This document shows positions 47,419-61,500 of a stretch of 64,000 nucleotides of DNA, piece by piece. The position numbers and the translations under genes were made by a program. How positions within the stretch are numbered: position 1 is the stretch's first letter; the number at the start of each line of letters is the position of its first letter. The notes below the pieces were generated by a model. It worked only from the letters and a program-made list of their open reading frames with translations, ran no database searches and was not told where the DNA came from. Origin of the DNA: Paraspadella gotoi (lineage: Eukaryota; Animalia; Chaetognatha); assembly GCA_051294375.1 (NCBI GenBank), contig CM119268.1:21658010-21722009 (forward strand), written 5' to 3'.

Positions 47419-50363
47419 CGCGGCAGCACCGGTTTACGAGACTTTTTCTTTTATTTTTTTTAAATAAATTATTAAATATTTATAAAGTATTTCAATTTTT
47501 GAAAAAAAAAATAAGGAAAAACGTTTCATTTTCTCGAATCTGAATCTATTGCGACTAAATTTAAAAGTTTGTTTTAAAACGAGGTACATATATAGCGTCA
47601 AGATTAATTAGCAGTTAGGATCGTAAATTCTGGAGCGAAATTCAGAATATCGTTACAAATCGACGATAAAGTTGAATTAGAGGAACGAATTAGGTGAAAA
47701 GAAAAACAACATTGCCGGATCTGATCACGATCATGAGCAGTAAGCAGCTGATCAAATGGTAAAGTAATCAATTAATTAAATAATTTTTGATTTAATCAGT
47801 TGCTTTCCGCTTTCCGTTATTGTTTTCTCAAATACACAATCAATTAATTAATCAAAGATAAAATAAACTCATTTTCACATGGACCATTTCATCAAAATTT
47901 TATTTCCAGCTCAGTCACGCACTTTCTCACCCGCATTCAAAATTTCAAATTATTCGCTAGATCATGAGTAATTGGCGTTCAACGCTAAGGAGTCATGGAC
48001 GGATAGACTGACAGGCGGAAACTTTAAACATTTCCATTACTGAAAAATTATTGAGCTATTACAGAATATAGAAATTTAAACGGTTTTTATTTTTAAAATA
48101 ACATAGAATTTAATGATGCCGTAAACAATTATCAGGGTGTGAAACATTAGCATCATTGTTAAATTCAGAAAGATTATATTGAATCATAAGCATATGCATA
48201 TGCAATCATCTATCATTATGAGTCAAGCAGGTAGAAGTATCTCTAAATAGGGCTTGTCCACTCTTTAAAAAAGAGCAAGTTCATTCTCTCTCCGGACGAA
48301 GTAATATGCAGTATAACAATTAACAACTAATTTATCGAAAAAGGAAAGAAATTAACTTAATTATTAAGATACGGCTTTCTGTCCCTGATCTCGAAACGAA
48401 CAAAAGACATTCGTCCGATTTGACGCGACCTCTCTCGTCCCAACCAGAAGCGGCTGAAAAAAAAAAGATCGTATGGAGGAAGAGGAGGAAGAGGATGCAA
48501 AGAAATAAATCGATGGAACCGAAGCTTTCCATGACGTCACGGACCCAAGCTTCCTCCATTCCGATGCCAAATGAAACTCAAACCTCACAAATGAAAACGT
48601 AAACATTGTTTTGATAAATTTTGGTCAAAAATCGTTCCATTTTTACGTTGGGAAAAGAGTCTATGTGACTCGAAAGCCATTTTTATCTTTCGAGGTAAAA
48701 AAATAAGTTGAAATGAGATTTGGATGACAAAGATTGAGAATGATATTAATAATGAAGATAACCTTGATATATGAAAAATTTTCTTGCAGTAATCGACTTT
48801 ACAGGTTATAAATAAAAAGGTTTTAAAATTGTTTGGGTCCGCTTGAAAATGGCAAATTAACGTTTGTTTTATTATTAGTAGGGGTGGCCTATCTCAGTAG
48901 GTTTAATCGAAAATTTTAACATGACTCTATACCTTACATATTATTTTTGTAATATTAATTTATAGATAAAAAAGGCTACAATTTTTTTTAGGATTTTTTT
49001 ATTTTTAATATAAAATTGCAAATTGCAAATTGTAAATTGTAAATTGCAAAAAGTTTTCTACACAAAGTATCATTTTTTTTAATATATTTTTATTATAAGT
49101 GGGTGAAAAATAAGAAAAATCATTAAATAATAATAATTTTATCAGTTTTTCTTAATTTTGACCAAGAAAACGTAAAAATTTTTAATAGTTGTAATTTTAT
49201 TTTTCATTTAACTTTTTGCGCTCTAATAGAATCAAAAAAAAATTGATTAAATTTTCTTTATTATTATATAGTAATATATATGAGATAACCAATTTTTAAG
49301 TTATTCATAATGACGTCTATTGTATTTTTTTTTCAAAATTTATGACCAAATATTCAGTCAAGATGACTAAATGAACTTTGCACACAGGCCACATTATATA
49401 TTTTATAATAGTGGATGCCTATTTTTAGGAACTTGCACAAAAGTATTTTTCTCCACTTAGTGGAATCCAAGGGTCCCAAGAAAAGCTAATAGTAATAAAA
49501 AAAATTATATGGAAATAATATAAAAGTAATATTTGTGTTTGTGCCTCTCTCGATTTGCTGTACTTTTTCGTTGACTGACTTTTAGTTTCATTAAAGGACG
49601 CTAAGAATTTGGAACTGGTTGGTAAGTTTATTTATCAACAAATTGGCGACGAAGAACGGAGATAAAAGTTTGAGTTTATAAAAATGGTGGATGAAATTAA
49701 TGAGTTTAATTTCGACGATAAAAGGTTAAAAACGTGAGATTAAAAACACTTAAAATTTAAACTACCAACGCTGAGAGTTAAAAGCGTTTAACGTCCGCGG
49801 GTTTTCGAGAGGCACTATTTCTCTCTCAAACGTTAAAAATAATCGCGATATCTTCTTCACATTCGATCAATTTCTTCGCGGGAAACGGGCGAGGCAGCAG
49901 CCAGATATTAACTCGTCGTGTCCCACGGCCTCGGTCGTGTCTCGTCATGACCGGCGTAACAATTTGCTTTTAGTTTTGCAAACTAATTTGGTACCAGTAA
50001 GAAATCTTAAAGTACAAACTTATTTTATATATGACAATAACCTTATTCTTGCTAAGTTGTTAAGTCATGAGCTCGGCTTTCAGGGAAGTCCAGTGACTGC
50101 AAAAAAAAAATTTAGTGAAGGGGCAGTCATTTCCCAAATTTGATTGCAGCGAGAGAAAGAAAATCTTTTTTAAATTATTTTTTTATTAAATGAACGTAAA
50201 ACTATTATTATAGTGATGATAAACAATTTAACACAAGTTATTTAATAGTTTTTCAAAGTTACAAATTTATATAATATGATCAACTGATCATGTTTCCCCA
50301 TAACATTTAAAAATATTAACATTTAACAACGTTTAACGGCATTAGTATCAAAGAAACATTTAA

Positions 50364-52103
50364 GGGGACCCAGTGATAAAAATGATATCATAAGCTTAAG
50401 GGTCTATCATTAAAGGAATTCGAATGGTGATAGTCATTAATTTTTCTTCGCGCGGGAAAGTGGAGAAAAAATTCCCATCTCCTAGTTGCAATCCGAACAA
50501 GGACGTGATAATTATTGGCAAAATTTTTCATTGATCTCCCTAAATACTGATACCCTCCATTCTCTTACTTTCACTTGGGAAGTCATTTTTCCATGAATTT
50601 CGAATTTTTATTTTTTAATGCAGAAATCTGAAATCTTGAGTCTGGGCTTCCTTTAATAAAGGAATTTTAATGGTGGTGTTATATTTTTCATATACGCACA
50701 GGAAAGTACAGAAAAAAAAACCAAATCCCTCTTAAAATTGGAACAAGGATGTCATTTTATTTGGTAAACATTTGTCATAACCATTGTAATATCTTTCCGG
50801 TTTCCTTTGACTCTTGTTCATAACAGATTAAATTTTAGGAGAGATAAAGAGTGCTTCCCTTCTTCTCATACTTGTACTAATGTTAGAGGTTATACTTTTA
50901 TCCAATTAATGATTTGACTTGAAAAGAAACATGAATTAAAATTTTACCATACCATAATTTTTTAACAATTCCCGATTTTTTAATTTTTTTAAAATTTTTT
51001 GAGGAAAAATAATAATCGGCGTACGAGGTGGCCCAGACGGAAAGTGATGAACTCAACATCGTACGGAAAAGACCGGACTAATTACAACCATAATATGGCG
51101 ATTTTGACCCTGAAATCATATTATAAAGTTAGTAAACAGTGAATGAATTACATTTAATTCTTATCCAATTTTTCAAACAGAAAAACCACTACGGTACTAT
51201 GGTATTCATCATCGTCATCGTATTTGTTCAAATCATTTGAGCTCCCAAAAGTTAACCAGCAAAATACGTCTGCAAGGCTGTTGAATTTAAAAATTGAATT
51301 GATAATAAAATTGAAATGGCATATTAATTTTACCATAATTTTATCTTTTTCTTCCTCCCTCATCTCTATCTCACTTGTTTTAAAAAATATTTAATAAAAA
51401 ATCACTGACAAAGTGTTTACGAGTTCGTCTTCGCCGTCTTTTTCGTCGTCGTCTTTTTTGTCGTCGTCTCGCCGTCGTTTTCATCTTCTTTGTCTTTTTT
51501 GTTTGCGGTTTTGTCTTCCTCTTCGCCGTCGTTTTCGTCTTTTTCGTTGTCGACTTCGCCGTCGTTTTCGTCTTCTTTGTCTTTTTCGTTTGCGGTTTTG
51601 TCTTCCTCTTCGCCATCGTTTTTGTCTTTTCGTCACCGACTTCGCCGTCTTTTTCGTCGTCGTCGTCTTTTTTGTCGTCGTCTTCGCCGTCGTTTTTGTC
51701 TTCTTTGTCTTCTTTGTCTTGTTTGCGGTTTTGTCTTCCTCTTCGCCGTCGTTTTGTCTTTTTCGTCGTCGACTTCGCCGTCGTTTTCGTCTTCTTTGTC
51801 TTTTTCGTTTGCGGTTTTGTCTTCCTCTTCGCCATCGTTTTCGTCTTTTTCGTCACCGACTTCGCCGTCGTTTTCGTCTTCTTTGTCTTTTTCGTTGTCG
51901 GTTTTGTCTTCCTCTTCACCGACGTTTTCGTCGTCCAATCATTTAAAAGACGTGTGAGACTCGCGAAAGAAGAGAACCCTCGTCCTTTGGACAAAAGCGA
52001 GCGAATCAGTAACGAACTTACTCCGTCGGCGAGGTAAGTTCGTGGCTAAGTCACGGCTGGACAAATCAGCGTTGAGAAAGTGGAGAGAAAGTCAACCATA
52101 TGC

Positions 52104-52158
<55 letters not shown>

Positions 52159-53876
52159 CTCTCTCTCTCTCTCTCTCTCTCCTTTTTCTTCGTTTTTCAC
52201 TTTGTCGGTCTGTCGGTCGTCTCCCATTATAATGTTGAAAAGTCACTTATATCATCTTAGAACATCGAATTATAGAAAATGTATGTCCATCCGTCCGTCC
52301 GTCCGTCCCCCCTTAGCTTTGAATGTCAATTACTCATGTGTGGATGGGGCGATTGACTTGAAGTTTTGTGTGTGTAAAGAAGTGTGTGATTAAGCAGGAA
52401 TTCAAGTTGCGATAGAATCGTCCTAGTGGAAATGAGTTTAAATGGAAAAAAAACAAAAACCTGTTTCACTATTTGATTATGCTTTTATGTAAATGTCAGC
52501 AATATTAATTATTCATTTAATCAATTAATTAATCAATCAATTAATCAATCAATTAATCAAGTAAATAATCAACCAAATAACTAATTAATTTATCAATTTA
52601 TCAATCAATAATTAAATAATATTATAATTAAATGAATTTAATTTAATTAATCATCGTCGATGTTATCATCGTCGTCGCCATTATCGTCGTTGTTGCTTTT
52701 GTCGTGCTCAATGACCTGATGAACAGAATTAAAAACAATTAATTAAATAATCTTTTAACTAATTAATTACTGCTAATAATCGTGGGCAGATCCGGCATTG
52801 TTTGCTCAAACTTGTTTCTTTTTTTGCTTTATTCTTCATAATCATATCTTTCTTTCTTTCTTTCTTTTTCTTTCTTTTCTTTCTTTTTATCTTGTTCTTT
52901 TTTTTTGGATAGCTGAAAAGTTCGTTTCAGTTCATAAAAAGGTTCCAGAAGAAATTTCGTCGATTTTGTCATGGTCTTCGCCTTCGTTTTTGTCTTTGTT
53001 TTCGCCTTCGCTTTTGTCGTCTTCTTCGTCGTTGTCGTCGTCTTTGTTGTCGTTTTTGTCATCGTCTTTGTTTTTTTTGTCGTCTTCGTCGTCGTCTTCA
53101 TCGTTGTTGTCATTCTGTTGTTGCTTTCATCATCGTTGTTGTTGTTGTTGTTGTCATTGTCTTTATCATTTTTGTCTTTGTTGTCGTTTTTGTCATTGTT
53201 TTTTTTTGTCGTCTTCGTCGTTGTCTTTATCGTTGTTGTCGTTCTGTTGTTGCTTTCATCATCGTTTTTGTTGTTGTTGTCATTGTCTTTATCATTTTTG
53301 TCGACGTCTCCGTCGTTGTTGTCGTTGTCTGTTGTTGCTTTCATCATCGTTTTTGTTGTTGTTGTCATTGTCTTTATCATTTTCATCGACGTCTTCGTCG
53401 TTGTTGTCGTTTGATTGTCGATTTTTTTGTCTTCGCCGTTGTTTTAGTCATCTCTATTCTATTGCTTTTTGTCTTTTTCGTCCTCTTCTACAGAATTTTT
53501 TTGTTATATTCGTTGTCGTCATTGTCTCCATAGTTAGTCTTTGTCGACGACTTTTTCATTGTGGTCTTTGTCCTCGTTTTGTTCTAAGACATTTGTTACT
53601 TCGATTGTCGACTTTCAAGAATTAATCTTTAGTGTAAAGTTTGAAACAAAAAAGAAATTCTATACCATCTTTACGTGAAAAAAAAATTGTAACTTTGAAA
53701 AGATTTGCCCCTTACCGAATTTTTAAACAAAAATCGGGGGAGCTGACAACATCGAATTTTTTGACCACTTTCCCATTGGACTAGAGAAGAAAGAATTACA
53801 TTTTTGGAATCGGGGGAGTTTGAAGGACCAAACGTTATGATATCAGCCTTTGACCCCCCTCGATCACTGGGTTCCC
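50364..53876. mobile_element. Kolobok-like termini (TTAA-flanked, RR start)
   Basis: TTAA|GGGGACCCAGTGAT..tgatatcataa at 50360 and ttatgatatca..ATCACTGGGTTCCC|TTAA ending at 53880; may be one element or two partial copies. Confidence 0.5.
51420..51935. repeat. Complex GTC/TTC-based tandem repeat (~84-bp unit)
   Basis: ttcgccgtcgttttcgtcttctttgtctttttcgtttgcggttttgtcttcctc recurring; adenine-poor + strand; similar degenerate tract at 52960-53440. Confidence 0.85.
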
Positions 53877-53923
53877 TTAACAAAATTAACATTTAATATT
53901 GGCTTTTTTTGTTGGACATACAG

Positions 53924-54017
53924 ATGATCACGATGGCGGAACCCGGCCTGACGGAAGCTCCGTTGGCGACCTTTGAATTGGATGACTTTGACGACGACTA
54001 TGACGACGACGATCATC

Positions 54018-54055
<38 letters not shown>

Positions 54056-55095
54056 TGGCGAAGGAGACGAAACGACAACGACGTCGGTCAAACAGACGCA
54101 GTCAAGGATTCCGTCGCAGATAATTTTAACGAAGACTTTAGGTTAGAAATATTTAGTTAAATAAAAAGTTAACTAATTACTTTGATATTTTTATAGAGGC
54201 TCTCTTTTTTTCCAGTGCCCCCTTTTGAATCCCAGAATTTTATTTATATTTTAATATTTAATTTAAATATATTTTTAAACTTACTATCAAATCCCTAAGC
54301 TAATTATAAATACTTATTCTTAATTACTAACCCTTACCTCTAACCCGAATGGCTAATCACAAACCAAGTCCTTAGTCTCTAACCTAATCACTATATTATC
54401 AGAATCACAAAATTTAAAAATTATTTTCTTTTATTTTCAAGATTCGGATTCGCCGAAAAAAAAACCCCAAACTTATGTAAAATATATTATATGTTGTCCT
54501 AATATTTATTCCATAAAAATGATTAAAATGCTTTAGCATATAACATTTTCTGCTACAGAGAATAAGGATATTATTATAAATATATTGTATTTCATGGTTC
54601 TGTTCTCCCAAAAATATGAAAAAAATATTTTTATTTGTTTGTTTGTTTGTTTACTCTCTCTCTTTGTTATTCTCTAGAGCTCCACTCTAATGGAGAGTCT
54701 TGATTAATCGACAACCATCAGCCTTGACCCTTTGACCCTTTGACCCTTTGATCCAGAATCGATGGCACCAACTTCTGACACCCACGACAATGACACGGAT
54801 GTCGAGCAACGAGTTTTGACCTTTTCATCTTTAGGCTTCATTGTCCTTTCTTCTTTTGACCTTTTAACCTCTTTCCAAAAGTGTTCCCATTTCTGTTTTT
54901 AATCCCTTAACTTCATATCCAATTTTAATCTCTTTCCAAAATATTAATCCAATCCCAAACCCTAATCTTTAACCAAACCCCTAACATAATTTTTAAAACT
55001 AAAAATGAATATAATTCTGAATTTAAGCTGAAATCGGATACTTTTGGAAACGTTAGCCCTCACACTGGACGGTTAAGGGTTACGACGACGACGAC

Positions 55096-55126
<31 letters not shown>

Positions 55127-55127
55127 G

Positions 55128-55158
<31 letters not shown>

Positions 55159-55219
55159 TGATGATGATGATGATGATGACGACGGACGACGACGGCGATG
55201 ATGATGATGATGATGATGA

Positions 55220-55253
<34 letters not shown>

Positions 55254-56686
55254 TTGATGATGATGATGATGATGAGGAAGAAGATGATGATGATTGATAT
55301 GAGGTGACGAGAATGACGATATTGAAATCGCACAATTAGTTCTTAATCCACGGAGCGTAGATTTTGACTTGCGTTATGAAGGTCAAGAAGATGACCACCG
55401 TTACAATGACGTCACTGACTTTAATGACGAAGATTAAACAGTTTTCAACGTTTTTAGTTCATTTTTTTTTATTTTAAACTTGTCAGTACTTATCATTTCA
55501 TTCAACATTATTTTAATGAGAAAATTAAGAGAAAACAAGGAAGCACAGATTAAACATTTGACTGCCTTCAGATTTTTATATTTAATATTATTTTAATTGC
55601 AAAACATTTTTAAGAACTGAGGAAAACTATGGCTGCCTCATTTCTTTTTATATAAAAATTATTTAGTAAACAATTACTTGGCGGAGAATTTATTATAAAA
55701 AGTTTTTCATGATATGAAATGACCTTTTTCCATTCATTGACCTCTTCGAATGTCCCATTGTCTTTGAAAGCTCATATTTTGCCCTTTGTCGTCTGTCCGT
55801 CTTTGGGTCCATCTTCTGACCCAATTTCATGTCACGAAAACTTTTTTCCATCTTAATTTTGGGTTTCATTTTCCTTGTAAAAACCCTCAGGGGGTACAGG
55901 GTTGTCAGGATATGGGTTGCTTTATATGTAGAAATTTATAAATAAAATATTTATGGAACTTTAATCTTAATGATCCCAATATATCTAAGCTAAAGAGCAT
56001 ATTGAGAATATTAAATTTGTATATCTCAGCGCCGCAATAGCGCACTGGGCTAACGCTTCATCGGATCCGAAGTTCTGAAGAGCAAGGCAACTGACCACTG
56101 GGCACATTAAGTGGGGGGGCTATCCATACTCACAGAAAGGCATGCCGACCCTCTCTCCTCTCGGTCACTTCAAATTAGTATGAAATTAGTACAACCAATG
56201 TAAAAATTATCCATTCATTTAATAAATAAGCTATCTTGCCCCTGACTTTGGACAGGCTTTGGTGGTATAAGGACTCCATCACTCTTACAAGATAATGACA
56301 TAGCAGGTCCCTGCAAGGTTTCAATCAAGACTCTCTCACAGTCTCAGTATTTAATTGAGCAAATATAAGTTTGGTGATTTATTTGGGATAGTTTTTTAAT
56401 CAAATTTCAAACTTGCTTAGCCCTGTGAACGTTGACAAAATATTCTATATGGAGTGTAATGCTACTCTTTCTGTTAAATTTAATCTCGACTCCCCTTCTT
56501 TCCTTCCGACCTATTCTCATCCACTCCACCCTAATTCTACCCTGAAGCGGATCTCTCGAAGATCTCGTCTCGACCTTCGACGACCAAATCACGAAATGCT
56601 TCAGGAATTTCAACGAGAAGACAGAAGCCATCGCGCCTGTGCAGATCAGGAATACGGAGGATATGAACAACGATTGCCAGTGAGTC

Positions 56687-56720
<34 letters not shown>

Positions 56721-56904
56721 CAGAGAATATGAACAACGATTGCCAGTGAGACAGAAAGAGAGAGAGACAGTTTCAAACTCGACTAATCAAATGATTTGCA
56801 GGATGTGGTGGACTCTGACGGGAAATTTCGGCAACATTTTACCGATTGATTGGTCGAAGACTTTTCCTCACCCAACGCCTCCCTCGTCTCTTCATCTCAG
56901 CGGG
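53924..56904 (+). CDS. unc-76: UNC-76/FEZ family (fasciculation and elongation protein zeta) homologue, first three coding exons; remainder not found in window
   Basis: Exons 53924-54141 (MAEPGLTEAPLATFE...DNFNEDF), 56548-56679 (SGSLEDLVSTFDDQITKCFRNFNEKTEAIAPVQIRNTED) and 56802-56904 (MWWTLTGNFGNILPIDWSKT) splice in phase. SLEDLV, APVQIR and WWTLTGNFGNI are hallmark UNC-76/FEZ motifs. Confidence 0.9.
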
Positions 56905-57399
56905 GTGAGTTAATCCGATCTGACTTACCCAAAACTTGACTTGGAGACAAATTGTGATCAATAAAATAATCGTCTTTTGATGTTAGAAGTTAGAACCATA
57001 AATCTGACTACAATTGATTACCTTGATTTAAGTTGAATTTATCTGTACATCTATATAATATTTATTACAAAAACTCAGGAAAGTTGGTTTTCTGTCAATG
57101 AGTTTAGGCGAATGAGGTACAAACCAATTTAAAACGAGAGTCACAAATATTTGACACTAAACAGCGATTATTTTACATTCATAATTACAATTTACAAATA
57201 TATGACAGATTTATTATGGCAATTGGTGAGAAATTGAATGCCAAAGGAACTAGTCTAATATGCTATTCAAATAAGCTTAATTGTTATAATAATCAGCTTA
57301 CTCACTTTTAAAAAGTTTAGAAGCCAAATTTCAGTAAATCACTAAATATTAAGAAACTACATTTCATGAAATGTCTTTCTACTAAGTCTATTAAATCTC

Positions 57400-57645
57400 A
57401 GCCACTATTTTCCGAAAGCACACCATTTCAGTTTCCAACCTTTAACTTAATTTCATTATAATTAATAAATCTAAATCTTTTACCAAACGCCTAACCTTAA
57501 TTTTTAACCCTAATCCCTAATCCTAAATCACATCTTTAACCTCACCCTTAACTCTTTTCCCAAACCAACCTATTTTTTAAACTTAAAAAAAATTATTCAA
57601 CTCTGAATTTCCGCTGAAACAAGGCGCTTTCTGTAAATAGTGCCC
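57400..57645. mobile_element. MITE-like repeat with degenerate (CCCTAA/CCTAAT)n interior
   Basis: Imperfect TIRs cactattttccgaaagc..atttcag / ctgaaac..gctttctgtaaatagtg; relatives at ~3897-4190, 43180-43410, 54198-54400, 54868-55060. Confidence 0.55.
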
Positions 57646-58034
57646 TCAAATCTTTCTCTTCGCCATTCCTCCCTTCTTTCTCTCTTCCGCCGACGGAAAG
57701 TCGAGTTCCAAATTCTTCGTCGCTGCTGCAGCCTTTCTCAGCGGCGGGCTCTGCTGCTCTGCTCTGCCCTGAGGCGGCGGGAGCTTCTTGGGCGGCGAGG
57801 GCGACTTTTTAGGCGGAGAGGGTGGGTTGATCCCCATCGAGGTGGGTTTCCTCGGCGAAGGAGGTGAGGCGAGTTTCTTAGAGGCGGAAGGAAGTTTGGG
57901 AGAAGTTTTTGTCGTCGTCGTCGTCGTCATGGTCATCGTCGTCGGCAGCTTTTTCGTCGCTGCTGCAGGAGCGGAAATTATGGGTAGGGTCGACCCTGTC
58001 GATCTCTTTCTGGGGGCGGGAGACAAGGGCTTTA

Positions 58035-58065
<31 letters not shown>

Positions 58066-58731
58066 TTTCTTCTTCGTCTTGCAATTTTTTGCCTTTAATT
58101 CGACCAGAAGTTCGTTCATAGTCTCCGCGTGTTTTTTGGGATCGAGAACCGTCGGCAGCTTGGCCTTGGCTGAATAGTGTATAAGTATTAAGTATCAGTC
58201 GTATAAATAAATATGTAAATATGTAAAGATTAAATAAGTGCTTTCAAATCTAATAATATGCTGAATTACTACTATATGCAAATGATATTGATGAAGAGAA
58301 AACTCATTTAGTAATTCACTAAGAAACCATTTGTTACAGATTGATTTATTTTATTGATTTATTAATCGATTCAGTTTTGATTAGATTTGATTAGATTTGA
58401 TTCGTTTTGATTCGTTTTGATTCGATTTGATTAGATTGAATTGATTGATTGAATTGATTGCTGATCGAGTTGATTGCTTACCAGCCAATACATTGTCCGG
58501 CAGCTGCGTCTCTCTTCTCTTATCACTCTCCAACCAACTCTTTATCCATTCGATGTTTTCGTCCGCCTCCTGTTGTCCCGCCGAGAGATATTCCTTTCCA
58601 GCCGCCTCTGCCTCCTCGTCGGCGTCGGCCTCTCTCGGCAGCGGCGCCGGCGGCAGTGGCTGCGGCGGCGGCTGCTTCGTCTTCGTCGTCGCCATCGTCG
58701 TCGTCTTCGTCATCGTCGTCGATTTATACAT
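57646..58731 (-). CDS. Low-complexity Pro/Thr/Lys-rich protein of unknown family (two coding exons)
   Basis: Exon ~58731-58482 (MYKST..ENIEWIKSWLESDKRR..NVLA, donor GTAAG) joins in phase to ~58170-57646 (AKAKLPTVLDPKKHAETMNELLVELKAK...KRKI*). Possible upstream exon ~59283-59431. Confidence 0.5.
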
Positions 58732-59495
58732 TGAAGATGTTGCTGCTGTTGATGTTGATGTTGCTGCTGTTGATGATCGGTATTTCTAAAAAAAATTCAA
58801 AATTACTGGTTGAATTTATGTATTTGAATTAACCTTTTAAATTATCTTTTCATACAATTATGCCACTTCAATGATAGGGAAGGCAGGTTCTCTGGGAGTG
58901 AATAAGCGAGACTGTGAGAGAGTCTTGATTGAAAGCTTGCAGGGACCTGCTATGTCATTATCTAGTAAGTAAAACCACCAAAGCCTGTCCAAAGTCAGGG
59001 GCAAGATAGCTTATTTATTGAAAGAATGGATAATTTTTATATTGGTTGTACCAATTTCTTATAGTAATTATAGTAATTATAGTAATTCGCAAAAAACAAT
59101 TAGACGACGTTTAAATGAAATTATAACGACAAAATTTTTTTACATCTAGTTCCTAACAAAATTTAAAATTAATAAACAAATTATTTAATTTTTAAAAATG
59201 ATTAACATCATAAACTTTGTTTAATAAGTTTTTGTCTTTTGCTGATAAAAGAAATAACTATATTAATGTATTATATATTTACCTGGAAGAAAGACAATCG
59301 ATCCAATGACTCGGAAAATATTCTTGGGAATTTTTTCGGAAGAAAAAAAAAGTAAGAAAAAGTTTTGAGAAAAGAATAGTTTTCTTCTGCGCGACTAAAC
59401 GACCTTCGAGAAGATGGTGGGCTCGTGGCATTTCCTTTTCTCTGGTTGTTGCCCTCTCTCTCTCTATCTCTCTTTCTTGCTCTCTATCTCGCTCC

Positions 59496-59610
<115 letters not shown>

Positions 59611-61500
59611 ATTCTATGGTGCTCTAAAACTCCAGCAAAAGGTCGATGCCCTGCGACGGACCAAAAACAAGGGTTAGGGTCAAAATCGGAATCTTAACCT
59701 ATTTCTTTAATACAATTCAGATTTTAAATCTATGCAAATAAACCGTCGTACAATGTACACATTTTTTGTATTTTCATACAAAGTAAATGTAAGAAATGTT
59801 ATATTTCCCACTTACGCAACATTTTGCTTCCACAACCGAAGGCCGCTTTCTTTTTCATGTCATATTTTTCCTTCTCATAAAACGGCGACTCAATTCCTCT
59901 TTGACGTCAAAGGATGAATTTACGGTGCGAGAGGTCAAAAAACCAAAATTTATGTTTTTTAATACCGCCCTTTGTTTATTTCTTTCTTTTTTAATTTTTA
60001 TATTGTCTAATGATTGAATGCTTGAGTGTCTCAATACAATATTTTAATTTAAAAAGTTAAATTTGAAAGCGATTCATAATTAGGACTAAGAATTTTTATT
60101 TGAGATTGGATGACCGGATATGAAACGCGAGCTCATGGTACTCCTTGGGTGCTGATGTCTGTAATCATTCTGATGATCCATTTGCTTTGCTTATTGAGAT
60201 TCAAACAGGCGAACGTGTTCTTAGTTCATAAAGAGACTAATTTGCCTTTTTAAAATAAAACTAAATTTGTTTGAAGAGAAAAACTATTGAAATCGCTGAC
60301 AAGTCCGCAATTTTCAATTTTCGTTCGTGCTTTAAAAAGCAAATGGTCTCTAAATTACTCTAAGCTACAGTTGGATCGTTTAATCGTAAACTGGGCAGCA
60401 ATATAGAGTTGGTCAAAATGTAATTAATGTTGTTAAATAACAATGAAAACGTTAAATAATGTTACCTGAAGATGATATTATAAATTTTAAATAAAACCTA
60501 AAAAACTTCATTTTCTACTCGCGCAAATAATCCTGATCCCGATTTAAGTGGATTTTCCTGTGCACAATATTCCTATTTTTTTTTCTTCTTCCCACAAATA
60601 AACCTCAGGCGATGAGCGAAAAAAAGGATTATGTCTTTCAGGCGACAGGCGATCCTTGTCTTTCCACTGGCCACCCCACGAATGTGTAGAGGGGAAGGCA
60701 TCCTCCACAAAGCCAAGGGGGCAAGGCTCCAAGAAAAATTAAAAATTGAAGAAATTTTTTTTAAAAATCAAAATTTTAACTCAGCATGTCTTATATAAAA
60801 TGTTGACAGTATTTTTAATGATTTTTATTTTTTATTCAACTATATCTGTCAATACGAATGCTAGTCCCTGCCAAGGAAGAATAGGAACGAAAATTCATAT
60901 AACATTATGCCTGATTATAATTATTTATAGGGGGGCCCGGCCAGCTAACAGCCACCCTCTCTCTTTGACTCCTTCCACCTAATTCCACCGTGACATCTCC
61001 ATTCCCCACAGGCTCGACCCACATACAGTTCATCACCACCACCATGCACTCTTAACCACTTCGTTTCACCACCCTTTCCTACCCAATTCTGTCCACCTCC
61101 ACCTCCACCTTCTTTACTTTTCCCTCGGCAGAACTTTTCCTCAAAATATGACTTTGGTCAGAATGGTTTTTTTTTTTTTTTTAGAAATGGCGATTAGTTA
61201 TTTAGACTTTTTACTTTCAAAAATCCACATGATTAATACAACAGATATAAATACTATTTTCGCTGTTTTTATTAGCAATTAGCTAGAATTTAGTAATAGA
61301 TCTACTATCATCTTACTGAGGGAGACTAGTATATATATATATATACTTTTATATAGGTTATAACAGTATTTCATTTCTTTTTTTTATTAATACATTGTGC
61401 GATCCAACTACCCTGTTCTGTGATGGCCGACGAGATTTTTTTTTTCATCTTAAAAGTCAATTGTTATTTTTTTTTCAAATATTATAAATTATATATTTAT

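Larger units (their letters stand above)
56188..59053. repeat. Pair of oppositely oriented copies of a ~150-bp dispersed repeat
   Basis: 56188-56345 is the reverse complement of ~58908-59053; a fragment agcctgtccaatgtcaggggcaagata also lies at 42800. Confidence 0.8.

Noticed and set aside
46752-47467. Long + strand ORFs (107-211 aa)
   Set aside because: Derived from a 19-bp minisatellite and antisense to the small membrane protein exon.
47733-48600. Possible + strand gene (exons ~47733-47758 and ~48369-48598)
   Set aside because: Splice phases do not match and there is no recognisable homology.
52798-55335. Poly-Ser/Val/Ile/Met ORFs
   Set aside because: Trinucleotide microsatellites open in several frames; only 53924-54141 has homology support (FEZ).
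56028-56345. Twister/HDV-like ribozyme in the dispersed repeat
   Set aside because: No consensus core or pseudoknot could be laid out by eye; treated as an unclassified SINE-like repeat.
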